Assembly: GCA_963775895.1 (NCBI GenBank)
Contig: CAVZKL010000010.1
Location: 32,001 to 96,000, forward strand
From: Candidatus Bathyarchaeota archaeon
GTDB taxonomy: Archaea > Thermoproteota > Bathyarchaeia > Bathyarchaeales > Bathycorpusculaceae
Length of the DNA stretch: 64,000 nucleotides
Reading direction: 5' to 3'
Shown here: one piece after another, positions 52,300 to 62,253 of the stretch
Numbering within the stretch: the stretch's first letter is position 1
Layout of the letters: each line of letters begins with the position of its first letter
The notes under the pieces: model-generated
The model's input: the letters and a program-made list of their open reading frames with translations, nothing else
Database searches by the model: none
What the model was told of the DNA's origin: nothing
Made by a program: the position numbers and the translations under genes

Positions 52300-52330
52300 A
52301 AAACTTTACCCCCAAACCCCAAAACCCAAC
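52300..52330 (-). repeat. Imperfect palindrome family, copy 5 (half element abutting a degenerate GC run)
   Basis: CGCGCACGCGCT-AAAACTTTACCCCCAAACCCCAAAACCCAAC. Confidence 0.7.
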
Positions 52331-52498
52331 ATACGACTTTTTGAAATATTAGCGGGCGTGCATCTTCACGAGTGAAGTTACAGCTAACAGGAGCCCTGAA
52401 CCTATCCATGAGATTGCTTTCAGCTCCCACGTCCAGTATTCCATGTAGTCCCAGATTGTGAGTGCCCTCACCCCAGGGTTCATGCTCCAACGATTTCG

Positions 52499-52768
52499 TC
52501 ACTGTACAACCCTGAAGCAAGAAGGTAAGTAAACACTGCCCACAGAATGAGAAAGAAACTGAGCATCAAAATCACTTTTGTTTCGGCATCTGTTGCCTCT
52601 CGCCTCAGGTACCCATACGATGTACAGGCCTATCCCGATTATCAAGAGTACCACTACCGAAGCGTTCAACGCTGTGACCAGCATAATAGGCAGAAGATAA
52701 TTTGGAGTTCCAGTCAGCGGGAGCACTACCAAAGTAAGAACAACGAGGGACAATGCTGGCGTTAACAA
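52499..52768 (-). pseudogene. Decayed or frameshifted small membrane protein
   Basis: Two TM segments in ORF 52499..52768 and a third in an adjacent frame. Confidence 0.35.
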
Positions 52769-52925
52769 AATCAGAAGATAACCAACACGGAAATGTCGAA
52801 TGGCCCCTCACCTCAATTTTCACTTCTCTCTGTTCAATCTTAAACCTTTCTCGCTAGTATTTCCTGCACTTTTTGGAATTGTCAGCACACGCTAAGGTCA
52901 GTACTCCAAAATTTTGCGCTTGAAA

Positions 52926-53150
52926 GCGCGCGCTCAGGGAAAATCTTTTCACAAGAAAACGATGAAGCTGAGTTGGTAGACAAAGAAAATTCGTAACGAA
53001 GTTCCTTTATGCGTGAACCAAAACCTGAGCTACATTACCCAGCGCGCGCTCGTTACCAATGGTCTGGCCATCATGAAACACTTGTTGATAATTTGCGAAA
53101 ACGTCCTTCCTTGAGTATGCGGGTTTTCCAGTTTCCAACTGAGCGCGCGC
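52926..53150. repeat. Three AGCGCGCGCT decamers (GC cores at 52926, 53042, 53143)
   Basis: Read directly; spacing 116 and 101 bp with unique spacers. Confidence 0.9.
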
Positions 53151-53306
53151 TAAGAGTCCGACCAAGGAAATCGAACATACCGAAGCCAAGTCGAAAAACG
53201 CCAAGACATAAATCCGCCTCTTTTTTTCTAGCGCGAACTACATTCGTCACAGATTGATTTTGGAAGCTTGCACAGGTTTAGCCTCAAGGCGAAGTTAAGC
53301 GCGTGC

Positions 53307-55181
53307 CTATTTGACCCTGAGGAGTCGAAGCGAGTTGAACATCACTAACAACGCGTTACTCTCATGAATGATGCTAGCACTCAACGGCGTAACGACTCCC
53401 AAGGTTGCGAGAACAATACCGATGGCATTAACAACCAAGGCAAAGACAATGTTGAGCTTCACGATGCGCATCGTTTCCTTACCGATCCTCAGAAGCTTCG
53501 GTATACCCTCAAGACGATTCGCCGCAAGAGTGATCCCAGCAGTCTCGACAGCAACATCTGTTCCAGTGAGACCCATAGCAACACCCACATCAGCAGTAGC
53601 GAGAGCAGGCGCATCATTAATCCCGTCACCCACCATAAGGACAACCCTCCCGTCCTGCTCAAGACGTTTAACATAATTGACTTTTTCGGAGGGTAGTAAG
53701 TCGGAGATAACCTCGTCGACGCCGATCCGCTTTCCCACGGTCTCGGCGACTTCCTTGCGATCTCCAGTCAGCATTATTATCTTCCTTGCACCGTTTTTCC
53801 TCGCCTCAGCTATTACCTCAACGACACCATCTCTCAAAGTATCGGATATGAGGAGTGCCCCGATGACCTTGTCGTCCTTAGCTACGAAGATGGTGGACTG
53901 TGTGACGCCTTCCCTTTCAACGTACGCCTTTGCCTCCTCCGAGATCACAACCCCCTTCTCCTTCAACAGCTTCTCATTACCGACAATAAGCTTCACCTTA
54001 TCATGGGTGACACATATTCCGAGTCCTGGGACAACTTGGAACTCAGAACATGCCACCGGCTCCAGTCCTAAACTTTCAGCCTTTTTCAGGACCGCTCGAG
54101 CAAGAGGATGCTCAGAGTATCTCTCTGCAGCAGCTGCTAAGCTGAGTACGTCATCTTCCGAAGCACCGTTGAAGCACCTAACCTCAGCAACTTCAAGCTG
54201 CCCCAGAGTCAGTGTGCCAGTCTTATCCATGACGATGGTGTCAACTTTACTTAGTTTCTGAAGGCTCTCACCATTCCTTACCAGTATTCCTTTTCGAGCC
54301 GAGTTCCCTATGCTCGCAGCTATCGCCATAGGGGTAGCCAACGTGAGCGCGCACGGGCACGAGATTATGAACACCGATGCCATCCTCAAGGGTTCCTTCG
54401 TCAAGAAAAAGACGCTGAGACCGAGGAGGAGAATGACAGGTATGTAGTAGCCCGCGAACCTGTCAGCAAGCTTTACTATCGGAGATTGATGCTCCTTCGC
54501 TTCGTGAACCATCGTGATAATTCTGCCATAAGTGGTCTTCTCACCAACCACCTTAGCCTTAACACGCAACGCGCCAAGCTCAACGATCGAGCCGCTCAGA
54601 ACCTCGGATCCCACAGTTTTCTCAACAGGCATCGATTCGCCAGTCACGGATGACATGTTCACAGGCGCGCTTCCTTCCACCACCACGCCGTCAACGGGAA
54701 TCATGCCGCCTGGCTTCACAACAACTATATCATCGACAAGAATCTCAGAGACGGGAACCTCAACCTCATCGCCGTTCCGTATGACGAGAGCTGTCTTGGG
54801 GAAAGCCTCGATGAGCTTTTTTATGGCGTTTGAAGCCCTGTCGGAGACCAAGCCTTCCAGAACCTCACCTCCACCAAGCATAATAACAACCACGCATGCC
54901 GCCAAATATGCGCCTAACCAGATCGAGGTGATGATCGCAACCGTGGCGAGGAGGTCTATCCCGAAGACCCCCGATAGAAGAGCGCTCAGCGCGCTATGCC
55001 CAATGAAGATAACACCGAGCACCGCACCGAGAAGAGCCAAACTTGTGGATACATCAATCGGCAGCAGCGAGAAAAGCTGAGAGATCCAGCTAGCTGTTGC
55101 CATCGTGACAGTTGACGCAAGAAGCATGACTTTTTTCTTGTTAACCAATGAACCCACCGCAGACAAACGGCATATGCACAA
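53307..55181 (-). CDS. P1B-type heavy-metal-translocating ATPase without N-terminal metal-binding domain
   Basis: TGES, SCPC, DKTGTLT, SEHP, GDGINDAPAL, HESNA. Confidence 0.92.
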   Translation of the reverse strand: MCICRLSAVGSLVNKKKVMLLASTVTMATASWISQLFSLLPIDVSTSLALLGAVLGVIFIGHSALSALLSGVFGIDLLATVAIITSIWLGAYLAACVVVIMLGGGEVLEGLVSDRASNAIKKLIEAFPKTALVIRNGDEVEVPVSEILVDDIVVVKPGGMIPVDGVVVEGSAPVNMSSVTGESMPVEKTVGSEVLSGSIVELGALRVKAKVVGEKTTYGRIITMVHEAKEHQSPIVKLADRFAGYYIPVILLLGLSVFFLTKEPLRMASVFIISCPCALTLATPMAIAASIGNSARKGILVRNGESLQKLSKVDTIVMDKTGTLTLGQLEVAEVRCFNGASEDDVLSLAAAAERYSEHPLARAVLKKAESLGLEPVACSEFQVVPGLGICVTHDKVKLIVGNEKLLKEKGVVISEEAKAYVEREGVTQSTIFVAKDDKVIGALLISDTLRDGVVEVIAEARKNGARKIIMLTGDRKEVAETVGKRIGVDEVISDLLPSEKVNYVKRLEQDGRVVLMVGDGINDAPALATADVGVAMGLTGTDVAVETAGITLAANRLEGIPKLLRIGKETMRIVKLNIVFALVVNAIGIVLATLGVVTPLSASIIHESNALLVMFNSLRLLRVK

Positions 55182-55272
55182 CTGAAGCGAACCACGAAAA
55201 TAGGAAAGCCATTGTCAACTTCTCAATCATAACTTACCAACTAGCTAGGACCAAGAGCAACTTCAGTTGATG

Positions 55273-55542
55273 CTAGAAGAGTTTTGATAGGGCTTCTCTG
55301 AGATCTGTGAGACTTTCATTAGCTTTTCCAGACTCTACTGCCGCAACCATACACGTCTCTATATGATCCTCCAATATGATTCGAGCGACCTTGTCCAAAG
55401 CTGATCTCACTGCTGCTATCTGAATCAGAAGGTCAGAGCACCCTCGGTCCTCTTCAACCATTTTCCTAATGCCGTGGACATGCCCCTCTATCTTTGACAG
55501 TCTTTCATCCACAGTTTTCCTATTCTTGTGAACCGAATTCAT
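55273..55542 (-). CDS. CsoR/RcnR family metal-sensing repressor
   Basis: RLSKIEGHVHGIRKMVEEDRGCSDLLIQIAAV...EDHIETC. Confidence 0.92.
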   Translation of the reverse strand: MNSVHKNRKTVDERLSKIEGHVHGIRKMVEEDRGCSDLLIQIAAVRSALDKVARIILEDHIETCMVAAVESGKANESLTDLREALSKLF

Positions 55543-55545
55543 ATA

Positions 55546-55566
55546 TATCCCCTCAGGGGGAGGGGA
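55546..55566. promoter_or_regulatory. Candidate CsoR/RcnR operator (C-tract/G-tract) between TATA box and start codon
   Basis: TATCCCCTCAGGGGGAGGGGA; minus-strand TTTATAT at about 55574-55580. Confidence 0.5.
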
Positions 55567-55698
55567 GCCACTCATATAAACATTTTTCTTCGACCAAGCG
55601 ATTTCGCGCGCGCTACCAAGTAGGTTGTAGTGCTGATTATTGAGACTGAAACGTTAAATTACACAGTCTTTTGCTATGAATGCACTGCGAGTTAGGAA

Positions 55699-56391
55699 CT
55701 AGTAATATCTCTTTAACGGGTTTAGCTGATCTGTTGCCAATTTCACTTGCCGAGGAACTAGTATGCCTCGCCAATCCACTCTAATGGTGCTCTTTCTGGA
55801 GCTTTTAATATTAACATTGTGCACATGAAGGGCGTAAGCCATTGCACGATCTTGGGGGTTCTCTATCTGGAGCATTTGTTTTAGACTTAGGTGCTCGAAG
55901 ACTCGGCGAATTGGGCGTAAAGAGTTGCCGTGGCAAGAGATAGCAACGTTACCAGGATTTTGTCGGAGCCATTCTTCAAGCTGCACCAGAAAGGGTAATG
56001 TTCGATTTTCAACCATCTTTAGGCTTTCTCCTTCTGGTGGTGGAAAATCGTAGCCTCGGTGAATCTTGGCAAACCATTCAGGCCTTTCCATGGCAACCTT
56101 GATCTTGCTTTTACCTTGAAGCAAACCATAGCAACGTTCGATGAGCCGGTCGTCCGTGAAAACTGGAATTGGAGAATGCGTTTCAAGAACGATTTCAAGA
56201 GTTTTTCGAGCTCTCTTAAGGTGTGAGGTAAAAGCATAGTCAATCTTGTCTCGCCTGAGTTGTTTTGCAATCTCTTGTGCTTGCGAAAGTCCTTTCAAAG
56301 TAAGTTCTGGGTCGCGCCAGCCCGAGAATATTCCTCGGCTGTTATCAGTTGTCTCAGCATGTCTAAAAACAAACAACCTGCAAATCATCAA
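55699..56391 (-). CDS. gpmA: Histidine phosphatase family, cofactor-dependent phosphoglycerate mutase-like
   Basis: RHAET, FSGWRD, ERCYGLLQG, PPEGESL, HGNSLR. Confidence 0.8.
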   Translation of the reverse strand: MMICRLFVFRHAETTDNSRGIFSGWRDPELTLKGLSQAQEIAKQLRRDKIDYAFTSHLKRARKTLEIVLETHSPIPVFTDDRLIERCYGLLQGKSKIKVAMERPEWFAKIHRGYDFPPPEGESLKMVENRTLPFLVQLEEWLRQNPGNVAISCHGNSLRPIRRVFEHLSLKQMLQIENPQDRAMAYALHVHNVNIKSSRKSTIRVDWRGILVPRQVKLATDQLNPLKRYY

Positions 56392-56494
56392 CCGCTTCCT
56401 CCCGTAGGCGCTAATGCAATCTTCTAATAGAACATATTACTTTTCGCTCACTGTGAACACCCAGCCTGTTGAACTAAACACGGAGTATGAATAA

Positions 56495-57856
56495 GTGAAG
56501 AAAACAAAGATTATCTGTACAATCGGTCCGGCTAGTCTTTCTCGAAACACGCTTAAGAAAATGTATCGCGCTGGAATGAACGGCGCCAGAATAAACACAG
56601 CTTATGGGACACTTGACCAGTACAGAGTTATCATTAGCAGTCTGCGAGAAGTGGCAGACATCCCAATAATCATCGATGTTAAGGGGCCTGAAATACGGCT
56701 CAAAACAAAAGACAGAAGGACTGTCAACAAAAGCGATATTCTTAAAGTAGGCAAAGACGAAAAAATAAGCTTCAACAACAACATCTACGACGATGTGGAT
56801 GTTGGTGATAACGTTCTTATTGACAATGGTAGGCTAAGAACGCAAGTCGTAGAAAAACAAAAAGGCGTATTGAAATTGCTTGCAACAACAAGCGGCGAAA
56901 TAGACGACGGAAAAGGAATTAACATACCTAATAAAAAGTTCGCAGTTCCAACACTCTCAGGTAAAGATCTGGAAATAATAGATCTCGCAAAAGAGAAAGA
57001 TGTTGAGTTCATAGCTCTTTCATTTACTAGAAATCCTGAAGACGTGAATAACCTGAAGAAGGTGACCAATGGGTTCAAAGGCGCAATCATCGCAAAGATC
57101 GAGAATTCCGAAGGTGTCGACAAATTCGATGAAATTCTTGACGTTGCAGACGGAATCATGGTGGCAAGGGGCGACCTAGGAGTTGAAATAGAACCTGAAA
57201 AGGTCCCACATATCCAGAAATTAATAATCAGAAAATGCAATCAGAAGGGAAAGATCGTTGTGACGGCAACAGAAATGCTTGAATCCATGACTTACCAGCC
57301 AATGCCCACCAGAGCTGAAGTCAGCGATGTTGCCAACGCAATCTTGGATGGAACGGAAGCGACAATGCTTTCTGGAGAGACGGCAATAGGGCAGTACCCT
57401 GTAGAATCCGTCTTGATGATGTCCAAAATAGCGAACGAAACTGAAAAGTCAGTAGAAGGACAAGTTGAAGGCGAAGGATTCATCAACATCTCAGACACAA
57501 TAAGCAAGGCAGTTCAAAGAATATGCCAAGAAATGCCCGTAGGCAAAGTTGTCACGCTAACCAGGTCAGGCTACACGGCTCGGATGATTTCAAGATTCAA
57601 GATTCTTCAACCGATAATCGCCGTTACGCCGAACAACCTTGTCAAGAAACAACTTGAACTGTCGTTTGGTGTCTACCCAGTGCACATTGATTACCTTAAA
57701 GAAGATGACCACATTCGGACAACTGCAAACAAGCTTCATGCAATGGGCCTCATCGGTGACCAAGACACAATTCTTTTCACCGCAGCCTTCAGAACCTCCA
57801 AACCACATTCTAGCAATCTTATTGAGATACACAACATCAGGGAACTCGCCTGTTGA
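56495..57856 (+). CDS. pyk: Pyruvate kinase
   Basis: KTKIICTIGPAS, KGPEIR, AKIE, MVARGDLGVE, PTRAEVSDVANA, MLSGETA. Confidence 0.96.
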   Translation: MKKTKIICTIGPASLSRNTLKKMYRAGMNGARINTAYGTLDQYRVIISSLREVADIPIIIDVKGPEIRLKTKDRRTVNKSDILKVGKDEKISFNNNIYDDVDVGDNVLIDNGRLRTQVVEKQKGVLKLLATTSGEIDDGKGINIPNKKFAVPTLSGKDLEIIDLAKEKDVEFIALSFTRNPEDVNNLKKVTNGFKGAIIAKIENSEGVDKFDEILDVADGIMVARGDLGVEIEPEKVPHIQKLIIRKCNQKGKIVVTATEMLESMTYQPMPTRAEVSDVANAILDGTEATMLSGETAIGQYPVESVLMMSKIANETEKSVEGQVEGEGFINISDTISKAVQRICQEMPVGKVVTLTRSGYTARMISRFKILQPIIAVTPNNLVKKQLELSFGVYPVHIDYLKEDDHIRTTANKLHAMGLIGDQDTILFTAAFRTSKPHSSNLIEIHNIRELAC

Positions 57857-58097
57857 CTGAAACATAACAGACTCCCCAAGTTGACTGGCGTGAACATTCA
57901 AACCACCGTCCATGCAAGAGTTAGAAAGGAATTGCTGGAAGTCGCGTGAAGAAGAAACGAAAGAAAAGGAAAAAAGGGGCTAACCTGCAAGAAAAAACGG
58001 CTTCACCTTGAAGAGGGCTCTATTGATCTAGGAGATGTACGGTCGGCGTGGAAAAACCAAAAGCGTAATCTCTTCTGAACGCTGATGTAATGGGGAC

Positions 58098-59378
58098 ATG
58101 GAGGAAGAACCTTTGAGAATTGGTTTCTTTGTGTGGGAATATCCACCACAACTCACAGGCGGACTTGGAACTTACGCAGAATACATAACCCGCGAGTTTG
58201 TCGAGTTGGGGCACGATGTCACCGTTTTCACCCTCAATCCTGGGAATCTTAAAACAACGGAGATGCTGAAGGGAGTGGAAGTTCATCGTCCGATGATTGC
58301 TGATGCGAGCAACGTCTTTCCAATGTTCGTTGCGGAAGATCTGGTAAAATGGGGAACAAACATTCGCTTTTTTAGTGATATCTTCATCTACAATGTCCTA
58401 AGCGCGACTAAATTCATCAATGGGCTAATCAGGAAAGAAGGTTATAAATTCAACGTGGTCTGTGTTCATGATTGGCTAAGCAGCATTGCAGGCATCATAG
58501 TTAAGAATGAAACAAGTATTCCAGTGGTCTTTCACGTTCACAGCACTGAATGGGGAAGAAGTGGAGGGCAGGGTTCCCAAGTAGTTTCACATCTTGAGCA
58601 GGCGACAGCGCAATTAGCGAACAAAGTGATCACTGTGAGTAATGCAATGAGGGATGACCTGACTCGCCATGGTTGGAATGAATCTAAGATCAACGTCGTC
58701 TGGAATGGCGTTGACCCAGAGCGTTACAACCCGAAAAACTGTAAACAAGAAGAAATCGATGAAATAAGAAGAAAATATGAGATACCAAAAGATTGGAATT
58801 TGCTGCTGTTTGTTGGCAGACTAACGTGGGTCAAGAGCATCAGAAACTTAATACAAGCTCTTCCGATGGTTTTAAAGGAGTATCCGAAAACCAAGCTTGT
58901 AATTCTAGGTAAAGGGGAAGAACAACAGGACATATTGGAGATGGCAAGCAGACTCGCTGTCAAGGAGAACGTCATTTGTCGATTTGAGTTTATCCCTGAA
59001 GACGAAAGAATTCTGCATTATGCGAGCGCGGACGTCTGCATATTTCCATCAGTATACGAGCCGTTTGGAATAGTAAGCCTCGAAGCGATGGCCATGGAGA
59101 AACCAATAGTAGTCGGTGCTCACGGAGTGGTTGGGTTCCGAGAGCAAGTCGTATCTTCTGGTCCTGACCAAACAGGAATTCACGTCAACGGTGAAGACCC
59201 TGCTGACATAGCCTGGGGGATAGAAGAGGTGTTAAGAGACCCAAAGAGGGCCAAAGCTTGGGGCGAAAACGGTCGAAAAAGAGTTCTTGATCTTTTCACT
59301 TGGAGAAAAGCTGCAGAGCAAACAATTGACGTATACAAGTCACTTGTGAGCGATAAGAGCGAAAACGATACTTTCTGA
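58098..59378 (+). CDS. GT4 glycosyltransferase (glycogen/alpha-glucan synthase-like)
   Basis: WEYPP..GGLG, HDWL, HSTEWGR, PSVYEPFGIVSLEAMA. Confidence 0.9.
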   Translation: MEEEPLRIGFFVWEYPPQLTGGLGTYAEYITREFVELGHDVTVFTLNPGNLKTTEMLKGVEVHRPMIADASNVFPMFVAEDLVKWGTNIRFFSDIFIYNVLSATKFINGLIRKEGYKFNVVCVHDWLSSIAGIIVKNETSIPVVFHVHSTEWGRSGGQGSQVVSHLEQATAQLANKVITVSNAMRDDLTRHGWNESKINVVWNGVDPERYNPKNCKQEEIDEIRRKYEIPKDWNLLLFVGRLTWVKSIRNLIQALPMVLKEYPKTKLVILGKGEEQQDILEMASRLAVKENVICRFEFIPEDERILHYASADVCIFPSVYEPFGIVSLEAMAMEKPIVVGAHGVVGFREQVVSSGPDQTGIHVNGEDPADIAWGIEEVLRDPKRAKAWGENGRKRVLDLFTWRKAAEQTIDVYKSLVSDKSENDTF

Positions 59379-59407
59379 CTGAAAACTCAAGAGAGGAAAC
59401 ATCTCAA

Positions 59408-59562
59408 TTGGAACGATCGTCATCCTACAGATCCGGTCTTACAACTGCTGAGGCAGAGAAGCGACTTAAGGAATACGGACATAACGAGATTCCCGAAAAA
59501 GGAGTCAGCTCATTGCGAAAGTCTCTAGGCTACTTCTGGAGTCTATTCCCTGGAGCGCGCGC
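59408..59562 (+). pseudogene. N-terminal stub of a P-type cation (H+-type) ATPase ending at GCGCGCGC
   Basis: GLTTAEAEKRLKEYGHNEIPEKGVSSLRKSLGYFW matches the Cation_ATPase_N pattern; family similarity ends at the GC run. Confidence 0.8.
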
Positions 59563-59647
59563 TACATGGTCGAAAGTTATAAATAATATACAGTCACAGA
59601 AAGGAAGTTTCAATCTTGGACTGAAAAGTTTCGGCAGATGAAAAGAA

Positions 59648-60898
59648 ATGTCGGTGAACTCCGGAGACACCGCGTGGATGATGGTTGCGACGGGGCTCGT
59701 CATGCTCATGACGCCCGCTCTAGGATTCTTCTATGGAGGACTCGTCAGAAGAAAAAACATTGCCAATACGATAGTGCAGTGTTTTGCCATTTTTGCCGTC
59801 GTAAGCTTGGTTTGGACTCTCTGGGGCTACAGCCTCGCATTCGGCACGTCAATTAACGGTTACATCGGAAATCTGGACAAGGTGCTTTTGAACAATGTCG
59901 GTGTGATGACTCCGACAGCCGAAAAATTCGGAGCACCGGGAATCACAGAAATGCTCTACTACGCTTTTCAACTGATGTTCGCGGCCATCACGCCGGCCTT
60001 GATCGTGGGAGCATTCGCTGAAAGAATAAAGTTTCGTTCACTGCTCATCTTCACCGTACTTTGGTCAACCGTTGTCTATGCCCCGATCGCACATTGGGTA
60101 TGGAACCCCAATGGCTGGATCCATACGCTTGGGGCCATCGACTTCGCAGGCGGCACGGTAGTGCACGTGTCGGCTGGAGTTACTGCTTTGGCCGCAGCCA
60201 TCGTTGTGGGACCGCGACTGAAACGCGAGAACATAGAAGGAAAGCCAAGCAACGTTCCGTTCGTAATTCTGGGCGCAGCTTTGTTGTGGTTTGGATGGTT
60301 CGGCTTCAATGCAGGCAGCGCCCTGTCCGCCAGTCCTCTTGCCGTAAGCGCCCTCGTGGTAACCAACCTGTCTGCAGCCGCTGCAGCGGTGAGCTACATG
60401 ATTGTTGATACGCTCATGAAGGGCAAGCCTTCTGCAACGGGCGTCGCAATCGGCGCTGTCTGCGGACTCGTAGCAATAACCCCGGCTTCCGGCTTTGTCA
60501 CTCCGGCTTCAGCTATCATCATAGGTTTGGTGGCAGGCGTGATATCTAATCTCGTCTCGACATGGCGGACTCGCACACGTTTGGACGACACATTAGATGT
60601 TTTCGCATGCCACGGAGTGAGCGGAATATGGGGTTCAATAGCTACAGGACTGTTCGCGACGACTGCGGTGAATTCGTTGGGCAAGAACGGATTGTTTTAC
60701 GGAAATCCAAGCCAGTTCCTCGTTCAAATCGAAGCGGTCTTGGTCGTCATAGTATTTGCCTTCACCGTATCTTTTGTTCTTCTCAAAATCGTCAACGTGT
60801 TCTCTAAGCTTAGAGTGACTTCGGAAGAAGAGGAACGGGGACTTGACCTAAGCCAGCACGGAGAGGAAGCATACGTTCCATCAGACACAGCTTCCTAA
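59648..60898 (+). CDS. amt: Ammonium transporter
   Basis: GDTAW, FQLMFAAIT, DFAGGTVVH, WFGWFGFNAGS, DDTLDVFACHG, GLDLSQHGE. Confidence 0.96.
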   Translation: MSVNSGDTAWMMVATGLVMLMTPALGFFYGGLVRRKNIANTIVQCFAIFAVVSLVWTLWGYSLAFGTSINGYIGNLDKVLLNNVGVMTPTAEKFGAPGITEMLYYAFQLMFAAITPALIVGAFAERIKFRSLLIFTVLWSTVVYAPIAHWVWNPNGWIHTLGAIDFAGGTVVHVSAGVTALAAAIVVGPRLKRENIEGKPSNVPFVILGAALLWFGWFGFNAGSALSASPLAVSALVVTNLSAAAAAVSYMIVDTLMKGKPSATGVAIGAVCGLVAITPASGFVTPASAIIIGLVAGVISNLVSTWRTRTRLDDTLDVFACHGVSGIWGSIATGLFATTAVNSLGKNGLFYGNPSQFLVQIEAVLVVIVFAFTVSFVLLKIVNVFSKLRVTSEEEERGLDLSQHGEEAYVPSDTAS

Positions 60899-61008
60899 AT
60901 ACTCGCATACGTGATTGATCAGAAATCTTTGCGTTTCGCAATTTCATACAAAGAAAGAAAAGGCGAGAGACTCGCCACGTGGATACTTTGCTTCTTTAAG
61001 ACTTCAGT

Positions 61009-61296
61009 TTAGTCTTTCTGCAGCGTTATTTCCATTGTAGAAACCATTCGTGCGCTGTTCTCCCCTTCCCTAGGGGGCATTTGCTCTGTGCCGATCGCGA
61101 TCTTCGAGACTTTCAGGTCTTTGAGGAAGCGGCTTCTCGTTATTTCAGCAACGTCAACCGCTGTCGTAATAGCTTGTCCTCGTGCCTTCAACGTTATTTC
61201 TTTGGCATTACCCGCGGATAGGCTCGTTATGATCGCCAAGACGTAGCTCATTGCTGGTTTCCTTCCAATGAAAACAATCTTCGAATTCTCCGACAT
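61009..61296 (-). CDS. albA: Alba chromatin protein
   Basis: IGRKPAMSYV, KARGQAITTAVDVAE, VSTMEI. Confidence 0.95.
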   Translation of the reverse strand: MSENSKIVFIGRKPAMSYVLAIITSLSAGNAKEITLKARGQAITTAVDVAEITRSRFLKDLKVSKIAIGTEQMPPREGENSARMVSTMEITLQKD

Positions 61297-61552
61297 TTTT
61301 CTTCACTCCTTTTTTTGGTTGTTATGTGTGTAGCGTTGTGTCTCTGTCTACATGTTCTGAACAGAACGCTACCGCGCGATTATAATGCACAAGTCTCCTT
61401 TATAAATCCGCTGAAAACAATGTTCTATTTCATTCCTCTATGACAAGCTCCAACACGCTTTACCAACGCCTGTTTTAGTAGCGACCGTGCAAAAAGGCTA
61501 TGTTCTTGAACGCGCCTGTTGCAGAATGCACGACTGAATGCTGGAGAAGCAA

Positions 61553-62240
61553 CTTGAACGTAAAGGGAATAATGATCGACTACGGCGACACCCTAGCGTA
61601 CACCGACGAAGCAGCCAACAAAGTGCATGACAAAAAGGTGCTCTCAATCTTGAGAAAACACGGCTACGCGCTAGGTCCAGAACACGTGGACTCGACGTTT
61701 GCAGCACTCTACAGAAGTAGTTCAACAGGCGAAATGAAAGACCTTCGAGAATTCTACTCCATCTTTCTAAGAAAGCTCAACGTACCAGAAGAGAAAGCGC
61801 TGATAAATCAGCTCATCGAAGCACGAAACCGCCTCTACGTCCCCGCGGTCAAACTGTACGATGGAGCAATCCAGACTCTTTCAACTCTTCAGAAAAAGTA
61901 CGCGCTGGCACTAGTGTCCAACTGCGCCGTAGGAACGATCGACATAATAAAGTCCCTAGGACTCACAAAGTATTTTGACCAAATCGTTCTCTCCTACGAA
62001 ATCGGAATCAGAAAACCCGACAAACGAATCTACCTCGAAACTCTTCGAAGAATCCAACTCCCGGCTGACGAATGCATGTTCGTTGCGGATGAAATCAGCG
62101 ACTTGGAAGGAGCACGATCCGTTGGAATCATAACGATGCTGGTGCACCAAGGATCAAACACGCTCAGCGAAGCCCAGAACCCTGATTTCAAACCCGACTT
62201 TGAATGCGACCACATATCGCAGATCACCGAATATCTCTAG
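61553..62240 (+). CDS. HAD-family hydrolase
   Basis: DYGDTL, LVSN, KPDKRIY, VADEISDLEGA. Probable TTG start at 61553. Confidence 0.82.
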
Positions 62241-62253
62241 ACAAGAACTAGTA

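Larger units (their letters stand above)
55605..59562. repeat. GC runs at 55605-55613 and 59555-59562 bracketing the mutase-pyk-glycosyltransferase block
   Basis: Both read GCGCGCGCTAC. Confidence 0.85.
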
